Shown one piece after another: positions 18,397 through 28,956 of a stretch of DNA of 64,000 nucleotides. Under the pieces are notes generated by a model. That model did not search any database and was not told the DNA's origin. It saw only the letters and a list, made by a program, of their open reading frames with translations. The position numbers and the translations under genes were made by a program. The stretch comes from Promethearchaeota archaeon (GTDB taxonomy: Archaea > Asgardarchaeota > Lokiarchaeia > Sigyniarchaeales > SOKP01). Each line of letters begins with the position of its first letter. The first letter of the stretch is position 1. The stretch covers positions 1 through 64,000 of the forward strand of contig JBHLLU010000016.1 of NCBI GenBank assembly GCA_048938895.1. Direction: 5' to 3'.

Positions 18397-19422
18397 TTAC
18401 CAACGCCAAAAAATATCCTCAGCATGACCCAACATATTTTTAATTACTATATTTTCACCATTATCTAACACAAGTTCCCCTGAGTATAATCCATGTAACA
18501 ATGAAGAATTTAGATAAATAATTCCAAAATTAATCTTCTCTCTATGTGGAATAAGTGGTTCTAAAACCATATTAAATCGATTATCATTGCTCGTAAATGT
18601 CCAAGGTTTAGTAGGATCACGATTTTTGTGATGAAAGATCACCTTATCGATTTTGTGAGCCTTACCATCGTAAAATATGATATTTTCTGTGTGAGTTGAT
18701 AAATCACCAAACCCATAACCGATATTAAAAGCAACAGGTATATCATCTACTAATCCGCAGGCAGAACCCCATAACCAATGAGTTCGATAAGGCCATATCC
18801 CACGTCCCCAATCCATGAGTCCAGAGGAAGAATCTGGTTCGAAGTTATAATCAACCTTCCCAATCTGAATTAATCCTTTAGCAGGCATCATGTTAACTTT
18901 ATGATTATAATAAAATCGTTTAGGGTCTTCTTTGTAGCCAGTAACTACAACTGTATTATCCCAATCTGGTTTATCATCAAGTGATATAGTTCCTTTAATC
19001 CCTTTATCCATAAAAACAGGATCTTCAATTTCTAATATTCTCTGGTTTCCTTTTTTGGTTATAATTGCATGAAATTTCTTTGAAGGAAACTCAATTCGAT
19101 TATCTTCTATAGAACTACGAGGCAATAACTTAGATTTTGTAAAAAACTTAAATTCACCTTTTCCTTCTCTCTCTTTTTTATTAAAATCAAGCCATACATA
19201 GCTCATCTGGGTAAGAAATCCAATATCTCCGATAGTAAGTTGAAAACCAAAATCTCTATTTAGAACGGAATAATGAACCCACTCCTTTATGCGAAGCCAT
19301 CCTTTACCTATGTTTTCCTTATTATAATTTAATACTGGTTTTCTTGCCCATCCACATTGAACAAGAGATCCATCATTTTTAAACAAGTTAGAAGCTTCTG
19401 TTATTTCGGTTTGTGTACCCAT
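18397..19422 (-). CDS. DUF2804 family protein
   Basis: GWARKP, RIKEW, FYYNHK, DWGRGIWPY.T.W.W, NIGYGFGD...TEN. Confidence 0.8.
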   Translation of the reverse strand: MGTQTEITEASNLFKNDGSLVQCGWARKPVLNYNKENIGKGWLRIKEWVHYSVLNRDFGFQLTIGDIGFLTQMSYVWLDFNKKEREGKGEFKFFTKSKLLPRSSIEDNRIEFPSKKFHAIITKKGNQRILEIEDPVFMDKGIKGTISLDDKPDWDNTVVVTGYKEDPKRFYYNHKVNMMPAKGLIQIGKVDYNFEPDSSSGLMDWGRGIWPYRTHWLWGSACGLVDDIPVAFNIGYGFGDLSTHTENIIFYDGKAHKIDKVIFHHKNRDPTKPWTFTSNDNRFNMVLEPLIPHREKINFGIIYLNSSLLHGLYSGELVLDNGENIVIKNMLGHAEDIFWRW

Positions 19423-19519
19423 TTTCTTTCACAAATTGGAATAGTGATAGTTGATAGTTTTAAAAAGAATAGAGGTAAAATAAAATATATTATAATCAGT
19501 GATTAAAATAAGTGATTAA

Positions 19520-20782
19520 ATGTCTTCGAAGTTTGAGAAAAATCTCGAGAAATATGCTGAATTAATTGTAAAAGTTGGGCTTAATTTGCAAAAAGGACAA
19601 CGCTTATTAATTGGATCACCTGCAATATCTAGAAATGGCGTATCACTTGAATTAGCACCCCTAGTAAGACTTATTGTTAAAAAAGCATACCAAATAGGAG
19701 CAAGATTTGTGGAGGTAATGTGGGAAGATGATCAGACACGTCTTTTTCGATATTTGTATGCTCCTAAAGATTCCTTCGAAGAATATCCAACATGGAGAAC
19801 TGATGGAGCATATAAATTTGCAAAAGAAGGTGACGCTATGCTAATTATAGCAGCTCGAAATCCTGATTCACTTTCAGAAATAGATTCTCATTTAATATTG
19901 ACTACAACCAAAACATATCTAAAAAATGTGAAACCTGTAGGTGATTTACGTAGAAAAGGAAAGGTTAATTGGTCAGGTATTACTGCACCTGTTGAAGGAT
20001 GGGAAGATAAGGTATTTCCAGATATCCCTCAGAATGAGCGAAAGGCGAAATTTTGGGATACTATTTTTGAAATATGTCGGGTAAATCAAGAAGATCCTGT
20101 TGCCGCATGGAAGGAACATATCACTCAATTAGTAACTCGGAGTTCATATCTCAATAATAAACAATACGCTTCACTTCACTTCAAAGCTGAGGGAACAGAT
20201 CTAACTGTAGGACTACCACCTAGCCATATTTGGAAAAGCGCTTACTTCACTACTCAAGGTGGTATTAGTAATGTCGTTAATATACCAACAGAAGAAATAT
20301 TTACCACACCTCATAAAGATAAAACAGAAGGAACGGTATCTGCCACCAAACCTCTTGTCACGGCAGTTACAGTAGAAGATTTAAGCATTACTTTTTCTAA
20401 TGGAAAAGTTGTAGAAATTTCTGCTACTAAAGGAGAAGAATATATGCGCGACTTAATTAAAACTGATGAAGGTGCCTCAAAATTAGGAGAGGTGTCATTA
20501 GTTCCTCACAGTTCTCCAATCTCTCAGACTGGTCGTCTCTTTTATAACATATTAATAGATGAAAATGCTTCCTGCCACTTAGCTTTAGGTAGCGGCATTA
20601 AAACTTGTATAGAAAATGGAATTCACATGTCTGAAAAGCAGTTTTCTAAAATAGGAGGAAATTCTAGTATGATGCACTTGGATTTTATGATAGGTTCGGA
20701 AAAAATTAATGTTGATGGAATTATGGAAGATGGGGCAACAGAGCCAATTATGCGAAAAGGAGAATGGGCTTTTAAAGTTTAA
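19520..20782 (+). CDS. Aminopeptidase, thermophilic metalloprotease family M29 (AmpS/AmpT)
   Basis: NIPTEEIFTTP, LGEVSLV, DENASCHLALG, HLDFMIG. Confidence 0.92.
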   Translation: MSSKFEKNLEKYAELIVKVGLNLQKGQRLLIGSPAISRNGVSLELAPLVRLIVKKAYQIGARFVEVMWEDDQTRLFRYLYAPKDSFEEYPTWRTDGAYKFAKEGDAMLIIAARNPDSLSEIDSHLILTTTKTYLKNVKPVGDLRRKGKVNWSGITAPVEGWEDKVFPDIPQNERKAKFWDTIFEICRVNQEDPVAAWKEHITQLVTRSSYLNNKQYASLHFKAEGTDLTVGLPPSHIWKSAYFTTQGGISNVVNIPTEEIFTTPHKDKTEGTVSATKPLVTAVTVEDLSITFSNGKVVEISATKGEEYMRDLIKTDEGASKLGEVSLVPHSSPISQTGRLFYNILIDENASCHLALGSGIKTCIENGIHMSEKQFSKIGGNSSMMHLDFMIGSEKINVDGIMEDGATEPIMRKGEWAFKV

Positions 20783-20785
20783 GAA

Positions 20786-22183
20786 TTAATCTATTTTTTG
20801 ACAAATATTATCAATTTTTTGTATAGTGTCATCAATAATCTCATCTGTATGAAGTATACAAGTGTAAAAACGACTTCCTGCGACAGAAATCAGTTCTTGA
20901 TCTACAAGAGCAGCACCCATCTCTCCCATAAAGTCTTTCCGAACAGGGATTTGACCAGATTGCTTTGGATCACTCAAATCCAATCCAAACACACAACTCG
21001 TTTGAAAGTGAACAGTACCACCAAAATTATATGAAAACCACGGTAAATTGTACTTAGCGAAAACATCATTCAAACCAGTAGATAAACGTGTAGCAGCATG
21101 CCCAGCAATTTCAGTAGCATTCGTTTCTTCTACAAACTTAATTGCCCAATATGCAGCTGCGCAGGTTAGCGGATTAGCTGCGATAGTTCCTCCAGAATAT
21201 GCTCTTTTTCCTCCAGTCACTCCTGCACCACAGACCGCCATAACATCTGCACGTCCACCGATTGCTGCAGCAGAAGGGAAGCCATGACCAACAATTTTAC
21301 CAAAAACAGAGATATCTGGAGTATAATTATAATAGGCTTGCCCCCCACCCATATGTAATCGAAACGCACATACCACTTCATCTGATATCATAAGTGCTCT
21401 ATTTTCATGGCATAATTCTTCCACTTCTTTATTGAATCCAGGTCTTGTTGGCATTGCTCCACTCTCCCCACCCATAGGTTCGATTATAACTGCAGCCACT
21501 TTACGTTTTTCTTTAAACATTATTCGAAGTTCTTCGATATCATTAGGAGGGCAGGAATCTGTAAATTTAAATACTGGTTTTGGAATTCCATGTGATTCTA
21601 ATAATTTGGTACCTGGTACATGCATATCATAAGTGAGTTGATCACTCCAACCATGGTAGCTACCTCCTATTTTAATAATCCATTTTCTATTTGTAAAAGC
21701 TCTCGCAATTCTAATTGCAAGCATATCTGCTTCTGTACCTGACTGCAACCACCTAATTATTTCACATGAAGGAAAGTGCTTTTGTAGTTGCTCCGCAGCT
21801 AAATATTCATATTCTTGCGTTATTCCATGACAAGGTCCAACTTTTTGAATTGTTTCTACAACTTTATCAATCAATGGTTTGTATTGATGTCCTAATATTA
21901 TTGGTCCGCCACACATTAAATAATCAGTCATAACAATATCATCCACTGTCTCCATATAACATTCATAAACTCTCTTACTTGCTAATGGAAATGGATGATT
22001 AAATGCCAAATTATGCTCGACTCCTCCAGGAATAATTTTAAGCATTCTATCATATATTTCTTTGGATTTAGGATGATTATTATTATATCTTTCAATAATT
22101 CCCTTTAATTCTTCCGGTTTAAAGCGACGTATGGGATTATTAACGATATAATCTATTTTTGCTTTAATTTCTTCATATTTCAT
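20786..22183 (-). CDS. Class III PLP aminotransferase (glutamate-1-semialdehyde aminomutase-like)
   Basis: GPIILGH, SGTEA, YHGWSD, SDEVVCAFR, PD..VFGKIVG.GFP. Confidence 0.88.
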   Translation of the reverse strand: MKYEEIKAKIDYIVNNPIRRFKPEELKGIIERYNNNHPKSKEIYDRMLKIIPGGVEHNLAFNHPFPLASKRVYECYMETVDDIVMTDYLMCGGPIILGHQYKPLIDKVVETIQKVGPCHGITQEYEYLAAEQLQKHFPSCEIIRWLQSGTEADMLAIRIARAFTNRKWIIKIGGSYHGWSDQLTYDMHVPGTKLLESHGIPKPVFKFTDSCPPNDIEELRIMFKEKRKVAAVIIEPMGGESGAMPTRPGFNKEVEELCHENRALMISDEVVCAFRLHMGGGQAYYNYTPDISVFGKIVGHGFPSAAAIGGRADVMAVCGAGVTGGKRAYSGGTIAANPLTCAAAYWAIKFVEETNATEIAGHAATRLSTGLNDVFAKYNLPWFSYNFGGTVHFQTSCVFGLDLSDPKQSGQIPVRKDFMGEMGAALVDQELISVAGSRFYTCILHTDEIIDDTIQKIDNICQKID

Positions 22184-22310
22184 TTAAAAAATCACACTTA
22201 AAACTTTAGAAACTCAAGGTAACTAAATTAATTATTAAATTGAACCATCAAAAATTAAGTTTTTGTTAGTCTCAAAATGAGTTAGTAATGATCGTTAAAC
22301 TGAGGAATTT

Positions 22311-24473
22311 TCAACTCCCATAAGGGAGGATTAATCTTTGTTCAATTAATTTCTCTAATCCATCGATTATTAGATCCTCGTTTTTATCTCTAAATTCCTC
22401 GATAATATCCATTAATCTAAATGTTCTTTTTTCTTCAAGAATCAGAAATATCTTTTCCAAGATATGGACTTGGATTTTTGAAAGTCTGTATTTTTTCTTT
22501 ATATTCTGTAGATCTTTATTAGCATATTCAGTTATAAAACTATCCTTATAAAACAAATCAAAATATTCATCTAAAAGAGGAGAAATCAATTGAGAATATT
22601 CGGTGACATCATTATCAAAATCTTTTAGACTTTTTGAAATTTTCAGATAGGATGCTAATGTGAAATTAAATAAAGTTTGTTTTAATCTTTTGGAAGATCT
22701 TGATTTTAGAATAAGTACAGAACGTAATTCTTCAATATCTAAGATTAGACAGAAAAATTGTTTTAGATCTAATTCAATTACTTTTTGACTATCAATTTTT
22801 TTCAAACTTTTAATTTTATCAATATTACTAGGGTCTTCTTGAGAAATTTCCTCACCTATAATTGATATCGCTTGAATGAAACCTGAAAAAAGTGTTTTCT
22901 TACTTTTTATCAACGAGGAATATTCTTTTGAGAAGATAGGAAGACCACTCTCACGATGAATCAAAATTATTCCTTGTATATTCCTTATATCCTTAAATTT
23001 TTGAGTTCTTAACATAAGATAAGTCTCTCGTTTCTTATGATGAGGTAAAAAGATATAGGATCTTAAACTTAATGCGCCTAAAATCCCAATAACTACAAAT
23101 AACAAAGTGAAAATTATTAATAGTGAGAAATCTTTTTCAGGTATTATTTCTTTATAAGAAACCTCAAAGATAACATCATCTAATGTAATTGTAATTATAT
23201 CCGGTAAGGTAAACTCATCTGCGAGATATAATTCAATAGCTACAGAAACATTTTCTTCTTCTGAAATTAATGTCTTAATATTAAAACCTCCTGGTTTTGC
23301 TTCTTGAAAATCTGTAGTAAAATTATTCTCAATGAATTTAATAGTCTCTAAAAGTTTGTTATTGTTTACTAAAATTCTTATTTCAGAATTAGGAGATAAG
23401 GAAGTGGGCCATTCATCCTCAAGTTTATATTTAAAATTGAGCTTTGCATCAATTAATTCGATATTATTATGACTTAGATCATTAATTTTTCCAGTAATTT
23501 GATTCCAAGACAAAGTTGTAAATTTGTTAATTTTTTTCTCATAGGTAAACGTGAGATTTACTGATTTTATCCTTAAGAGTTTCCACCAATCACTATCTTG
23601 AGGAAAATTGTCTTCACACCAAATTCTCATACCGATTGTTAAGGTGAAATTATGATTATCACTATTGAGTACTGAAGTTAGGTATATAATCAGTGACTCC
23701 TCAGTTATAGGGATCAATTGAGTATCATAAAGAAATTCAATTTCAGGACCCGAATCTTGACCTAAATCAGTTGTTTGAAAGTGTGCAATCTCATATTTTT
23801 TACTTTTTTCCAAATCTGAAATTTTTACATAAAATCTAACATAATCACCCATCGAAAATTCTTCACATCCATCGTTAGCAGTATCAATGCCATCTGAATA
23901 ATCAGGAGGATCAGCAGAAAAAGTTGCAACACTCCCATTTACAATAGAAGAAATATTTGCAGAAGTGATCACATAGTCGGACATGTCGACGGGTATAGTT
24001 AAATTTGTATCCCAATTAACAGCAACTGATTGATCTGGTCCTTCTCTCCAATAATGAGAAACCCACGCTCCGCTTTTACCAATACCGTAAAAGTCTGGAA
24101 AAGAGGGATAATCAAGATTGGGAACTGCATCCCAGGTAGAATTAAGAACGGGATTTGAAAGAAATGAAAAAGTCTTGTGTTCTCCCCTTATATTATAATG
24201 TACTTCGCCTGGGCTTAGTGATGAATTAACATCAGAAAAATCCCCCTCTATTGTTGAATTCCAATATTGTAAAGGAGAATCGAAAGAACAGTCTTTAAGT
24301 AGCTGTGCCGTGCAAGATTTAGTACTTGAAATATTTAGTTTTTGACCACCATTCTTTCTTACATTTCTTGAAGCTAAATCGCTTATTTTGAGCGTGATCG
24401 TACTTGATAAAAATATAATTAAGATTAAATAAATGAATTTATGTTTATATTTTCGAATTCTTCTATAGAACAA
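22311..24473 (-). CDS. Receptor-like membrane protein: N-terminal anchor, large extracellular beta domain, TM, cytoplasmic longin-like domain and C-terminal winged-helix-like region
   Basis: Hydrophobic N-terminus, many NxS/T sequons, TM near aa 450-473, then IILIHRESGLPIFSK...LFSGFIQAISIIGEEI. Confidence 0.6.
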   Translation of the reverse strand: MFYRRIRKYKHKFIYLILIIFLSSTITLKISDLASRNVRKNGGQKLNISSTKSCTAQLLKDCSFDSPLQYWNSTIEGDFSDVNSSLSPGEVHYNIRGEHKTFSFLSNPVLNSTWDAVPNLDYPSFPDFYGIGKSGAWVSHYWREGPDQSVAVNWDTNLTIPVDMSDYVITSANISSIVNGSVATFSADPPDYSDGIDTANDGCEEFSMGDYVRFYVKISDLEKSKKYEIAHFQTTDLGQDSGPEIEFLYDTQLIPITEESLIIYLTSVLNSDNHNFTLTIGMRIWCEDNFPQDSDWWKLLRIKSVNLTFTYEKKINKFTTLSWNQITGKINDLSHNNIELIDAKLNFKYKLEDEWPTSLSPNSEIRILVNNNKLLETIKFIENNFTTDFQEAKPGGFNIKTLISEEENVSVAIELYLADEFTLPDIITITLDDVIFEVSYKEIIPEKDFSLLIIFTLLFVVIGILGALSLRSYIFLPHHKKRETYLMLRTQKFKDIRNIQGIILIHRESGLPIFSKEYSSLIKSKKTLFSGFIQAISIIGEEISQEDPSNIDKIKSLKKIDSQKVIELDLKQFFCLILDIEELRSVLILKSRSSKRLKQTLFNFTLASYLKISKSLKDFDNDVTEYSQLISPLLDEYFDLFYKDSFITEYANKDLQNIKKKYRLSKIQVHILEKIFLILEEKRTFRLMDIIEEFRDKNEDLIIDGLEKLIEQRLILPYGS

Positions 24474-24683
24474 TTGATCTCATCTTCATATTTATGAAAT
24501 GAAATTAAATACCTAATTACCCATAACCTTTTATCGATATGATAATGCAATTTTATCTATATAAAAATATGTACAAAAAAGTAATTAAGCGCTTTATATA
24601 ATCAATTTCTTTAACTTACTTTTTCTATTTCTTGTTAACCTACCAATGAATGTTTATTTACTTTAACAACATTTAGTTAAATT

Positions 24684-26306
24684 ATGACGATTACAGAAAA
24701 AAAATATATTCTTGTAATTGACCATGGAACGCAAGGTCCAAAAACAGCAATAGTGTCAACAAAAGGAGAAGTCCTCGAGTGGGCATATGAAGAAACACCA
24801 ATTCATGCATTCAGTGGGGGAATTGTTGAACAAAACCCAGATGATTGGTGGGATGCGATAAAATCTACTGCTAAAAAAGTTATTGAAAGTGGTCGTGTAC
24901 AAGTAGAAGATATAGTTGGAGTTTGTAATACAAGTCAATGGAGCGGTACCGTTGCGGTTGATAAAGATGGATATCATTTAATGAATTCTATTATTTGGAT
25001 GGACACTCGTGGAGCAAAGCACATTGAAAAACTGAATAGAGGATTAATAAAAGTTTCGGGATATAATTTAAGAAAAATTCTAAGTCTTTTAAAAAGAACT
25101 GCTGGGGGACCGGCATCACATGGTAAAGATTCAATTGCACATATCCTAGTTATTAAGGATGAGCTTCCAGATATTTATGAACAAACATTTAATTTTCTAG
25201 AACCCCAAGACTATGTAAACCTTAAATTAACTGGGAAGTTTGCTGCTTCAACTGCATCAATTCATCTCCACTGGCTAACAGATACGAGAGATCTATATAA
25301 CATTCATTATTCAAAGAAATTATTGAGGATGTTCAGAGTTGATAGAAAAAAGTTTCCTGAACTAAAGAATTGTACAGATATTCTAGGTTTACTTAAAAAG
25401 GAAGTAGCAGATGAGCTTGGTTTAGAAAAGAGCACACAAGTGGTTATGGGTGCTCCTGATATTCATTCTGCTACGATTGGTTCCGGTGCGGTAAACGATT
25501 ACGAAGCTCACATTTATATTGGCACAAGTGATTGGATTTTTACTCATATTCCATACAAAAAAACAGATATATTCCATAACTTGGGTTCCTTACCATCTGC
25601 TATTCCCGGAAGATTTATTGTGGGAAATGAGCAAAACATAGCGGGTGGTTCTTTAGCTTTCCTGAGGGATAAGATTCTCTATCACAAGGATGAATTATTA
25701 AGAGATGAAGCTGTTCCAGATGTATACAAGATTTTTGATAAAATAGTGGAAAATGTCTCACCTGGCTCAAATAATTTGATATATACTCCGTGGCTTATTG
25801 GTGAACGCTCTCCGGTTGATGATGCTACAATTAGGGGTGGTCTATATAATCTATCATTTGAAATGTCAAGAGAGCATATAATTAGGGCGATATTTGAGGG
25901 TGTTGCTTACAATATCAAATGGCTATTGTCAGTTATAGAAGATTTTATAAGAAAATGGGTAGTAAGAGAACGGGGTGTTCCGAAAAAAGGAATAATTATA
26001 CCAGAGCTTAATATGATTGGTGGAGGGGCTCAGAGTGATATCTGGTGTCAAATTATAGCTGATGTTCTTGATAGAAAGGTTAAACAGGTAGTAGATCCGA
26101 TCCAGGCTAATGCTCGTGGTGCTGCTTATATAGCTTCAGTAGCATTAGGGTATTTAAACTGGAATGAAATTCAAACTTGTTGTGAGATTTCAAAAGAATT
26201 TATACCTAATCAGGAAAATAGGAATATTTATGATAAACTTTTTGGGGAATATGTTAATATTTACAAAACAATGAAAAAAGCTTATAAAAGACTAAATACT
26301 CAATAA
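24684..26306 (+). CDS. FGGY-family carbohydrate kinase (xylulokinase-like)
   Basis: IDHGTQGPK, IWMDTR, YIGTS, PWLIGERSP, RAIFEGVA, GGGAQS. Confidence 0.92.
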   Translation: MTITEKKYILVIDHGTQGPKTAIVSTKGEVLEWAYEETPIHAFSGGIVEQNPDDWWDAIKSTAKKVIESGRVQVEDIVGVCNTSQWSGTVAVDKDGYHLMNSIIWMDTRGAKHIEKLNRGLIKVSGYNLRKILSLLKRTAGGPASHGKDSIAHILVIKDELPDIYEQTFNFLEPQDYVNLKLTGKFAASTASIHLHWLTDTRDLYNIHYSKKLLRMFRVDRKKFPELKNCTDILGLLKKEVADELGLEKSTQVVMGAPDIHSATIGSGAVNDYEAHIYIGTSDWIFTHIPYKKTDIFHNLGSLPSAIPGRFIVGNEQNIAGGSLAFLRDKILYHKDELLRDEAVPDVYKIFDKIVENVSPGSNNLIYTPWLIGERSPVDDATIRGGLYNLSFEMSREHIIRAIFEGVAYNIKWLLSVIEDFIRKWVVRERGVPKKGIIIPELNMIGGGAQSDIWCQIIADVLDRKVKQVVDPIQANARGAAYIASVALGYLNWNEIQTCCEISKEFIPNQENRNIYDKLFGEYVNIYKTMKKAYKRLNTQ

Positions 26307-26384
26307 TTCTCCATTTTTTTTATCTAACGACCTAATACGCTAATGTAGTAAAATTAAAAAAAAAGTTTTATGAAAAAGGAGAAG

Positions 26385-27512
26385 TTACTTAATCTTACCT
26401 GTGGCATTCTTCAATAGACTTTCAGCTTCAGATACCATGTCATTAATGATTTTTGATACACTCTCAATGCTATTAATTACACCAATACTTTGTCCTAAAA
26501 GAACTGCTCCAGAATTAACATCACCTCTGTAAGCTGCAAGATATGCATTAGATGAAGCGATAAGTTCTTTAACATAATCTTCACGAGACATACTCCGGAG
26601 TGCTTGTTCTTCTGCAATTTTTGCTTCTTTATCAGCAACAAGTCCATGATGCAATGAATAATCGTTTCTCCATAATCTTATTGGCCCCAGAGCACCAGTA
26701 ACTAAAATAGTATCTGATGCTTTTGAAGGAGGGACAACACCTTTATAGTTTTCATGAAATTCTGAATCTTCACTGGCAATGAATCGTGAACCCATAGCTA
26801 TCCCACCTGCACCCATAGCAAGAGCTGCTGCTAAACCTGCTCCATTAGCAAATCCACCACACGCAATTACTGGGAAATCAGGATATTTTGCATGGACTTG
26901 TTGAAGCAATACGAGAGTACTAACCTTTTCATAAGATTGATGTCCTCCTCCTTCACCACCAGTCACAACCATACCGTCTACACCCGACGCAACGCATTTA
27001 TCTGCTAACCATAAAGCCGGAGCAACATGAAAGTGTTTAATTTCAGATTTCTCCTTTAATTCCTGGAATGACTTACTAGAGGGTAAAATTTTAGAAGATC
27101 CGGCACTAGTAAGTGCATAAATACACTGATCTCTAATCCTCTGGTTCTCCATTATAAATTTTGGGATTTCTGAACAGAGTTTTGGTGCTTGAATTTCATT
27201 TCTTGAGGTTCTAATATTAAAACCAAAAGGTTTATCCGTATGTTCCACTACAAATTCCATATTATTTTTCATTGCTTTTACTACATCAATACCCATCCTT
27301 CTCATAGTTGTTTCATCAATTTCAATATCTGCAGATGTAGTTTCCTCCCTAATATCAGATCCTCGTTCTATTGATGTATGGGATAACACACCTAAACCCC
27401 CTGCTTCACTAACAGCAACGCATAGGTCTGTGGTATAAAAAGGGCCCATTGCAGCACTAAAAATTGGATGTTTAATTCCAAACATCTTGGTAATATTTGT
27501 TTCAAATGTCAT
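26385..27512 (-). CDS. Nitronate monooxygenase / FabK-like FMN oxidoreductase
   Basis: AVSEAGGLG, GGEGGGH, PVIACGG, MGSRFIAS, GQSIG. Confidence 0.88.
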   Translation of the reverse strand: MTFETNITKMFGIKHPIFSAAMGPFYTTDLCVAVSEAGGLGVLSHTSIERGSDIREETTSADIEIDETTMRRMGIDVVKAMKNNMEFVVEHTDKPFGFNIRTSRNEIQAPKLCSEIPKFIMENQRIRDQCIYALTSAGSSKILPSSKSFQELKEKSEIKHFHVAPALWLADKCVASGVDGMVVTGGEGGGHQSYEKVSTLVLLQQVHAKYPDFPVIACGGFANGAGLAAALAMGAGGIAMGSRFIASEDSEFHENYKGVVPPSKASDTILVTGALGPIRLWRNDYSLHHGLVADKEAKIAEEQALRSMSREDYVKELIASSNAYLAAYRGDVNSGAVLLGQSIGVINSIESVSKIINDMVSEAESLLKNATGKIK

Positions 27513-27785
27513 AATATCACTTCTTTTTTCTTTCTGTCTTCTTAATTCATTTATATCATTTTAATTACGATTTAAATTTTGATCTTTATAATGTTTTCTA
27601 TTCGTTATCAATTCTTCTTAGCAAAAATAATAGTTTAAGAGGATTAAGACTTTTATTGAAAAAATGTATATAAAAAAAATTAGAATCATTTAAGGTGCTC
27701 TGTTATATGAAGAATTTTATATTACGCTAATGCAATCGTAATTAGAGCTTAAATTAGTTAATTAAAAAAAAATATAAAATAAAGA

Positions 27786-28274
27786 TTAACTTGATATGTC
27801 CATTTCGATATGACAAATTTCTGCTGTTTGAAGACGATTTTTAGTTACATTAGGATCGATTCCTCTAGCAAATGAAATTGCTCCCGTTAAGATTCCTCCT
27901 ACAGGACAAGCAGTATTTCCTTCAAGATCATATCCTCCAATTCTTTTCGGGCAAATTAGGCATTTTTGCACGACTAATTTTACTTGTTCATCTGTTACAT
28001 CCACATCCAATTCTTCTGCTAAGTTTATAACACTCATTAAACCATTTATCAATTTTTCATCAGTATCTGAAACACTTACAGCTTTATTTTCTAGCATTGT
28101 CTTCATTAATTCTCTCCCAATCCAAATACTTAATGAATCCATCGCATCTTGGGTAGAAACACCAAATTCTTTATTTAAAATAAAATCTCTAGTTTTTATC
28201 AAACCATGCCCTAATCCAATGATCACTCTATTTAGATATTTAGTATCTTTAGCTTTTTTTTTGAATATCTTCAC
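27786..28274 (-). CDS. Stand-alone V4R-like domain protein (V4R/Bet3/H-NOX superfamily)
   Basis: Helical N-half (WIGRE), then V.KCLICP...CPVGGILTGAI...CHIEM metal-binding pattern. GTG start overlaps the upstream stop by 4 nt. Confidence 0.6.
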   Translation of the reverse strand: MKIFKKKAKDTKYLNRVIIGLGHGLIKTRDFILNKEFGVSTQDAMDSLSIWIGRELMKTMLENKAVSVSDTDEKLINGLMSVINLAEELDVDVTDEQVKLVVQKCLICPKRIGGYDLEGNTACPVGGILTGAISFARGIDPNVTKNRLQTAEICHIEMDISS

Positions 28275-28855
28275 ATTACATCACCTCTTAAGGTTGTCTT
28301 AATATCGTTCAATTTATGGTTATTTTTTTCTATTTTAATGAATTGTTTATTAATCATTCCCTTTTCAACATATTTATCAATTATTTTTAATATAGATTCT
28401 TGATCAATCGTCCTATTTATCGCTTTGTTTAAAATTGAAAGTTTTTGTAATAAACTTGGAATACTTATCTTGTTAGATTTAGAAATTTGTAATATAACTT
28501 GTTTTTCTATAACATTAGGGAATATTTCTTTTGTTATATATTCAACATCATAGTTCGAGCTCAATACTAATTTCTCCTCTAACTTTGTAGCTGGAATAAC
28601 ACTAGGTATAATTAGTTCTTCTTCAATATTATTATCGTTGGTTTGAGTTCTCTTTTTTATTATATTATTAACGGGTTCTATTCCCTTTACTTCGAAATTC
28701 TCATCCACATAAGCAATTAATGATGCGTTACAGTGCTCAACTAGAAATTGAACAGGGAAACGATCCGATTTCAGAATAAACTCTTTATCTATATCAAAAA
28801 TAATTGTCTTATTACAGATTGGACAATTACTCCTAATAGATATTTTCTCAGACAT
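28271..28855 (-). CDS. Zinc-ribbon protein with winged-helix-like domain (domain shared with the neighbouring GTPase)
   Basis: N-terminal CPIC...EHC..LIAYVD.NF; the C-terminal ~80 aa are clearly homologous to the C-terminus of 28957..30258. Confidence 0.7.
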   Translation of the reverse strand: MSEKISIRSNCPICNKTIIFDIDKEFILKSDRFPVQFLVEHCNASLIAYVDENFEVKGIEPVNNIIKKRTQTNDNNIEEELIIPSVIPATKLEEKLVLSSNYDVEYITKEIFPNVIEKQVILQISKSNKISIPSLLQKLSILNKAINRTIDQESILKIIDKYVEKGMINKQFIKIEKNNHKLNDIKTTLRGDVM

Positions 28856-28956
28856 TTCTTTTACCTTTATATCACTATATATAAGACAAGCTACTAAATA
28901 TGAAGAAAGTTAAAATAATAATAAAGTAATGGATATATAAATTTATTAAAAATAGA

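Noticed and set aside
20786-22183. Assignment as hemL
   Set aside because: GSAM-like, but with an N-terminal extension and no tetrapyrrole genes nearby; substrate uncertain, so no gene symbol given.
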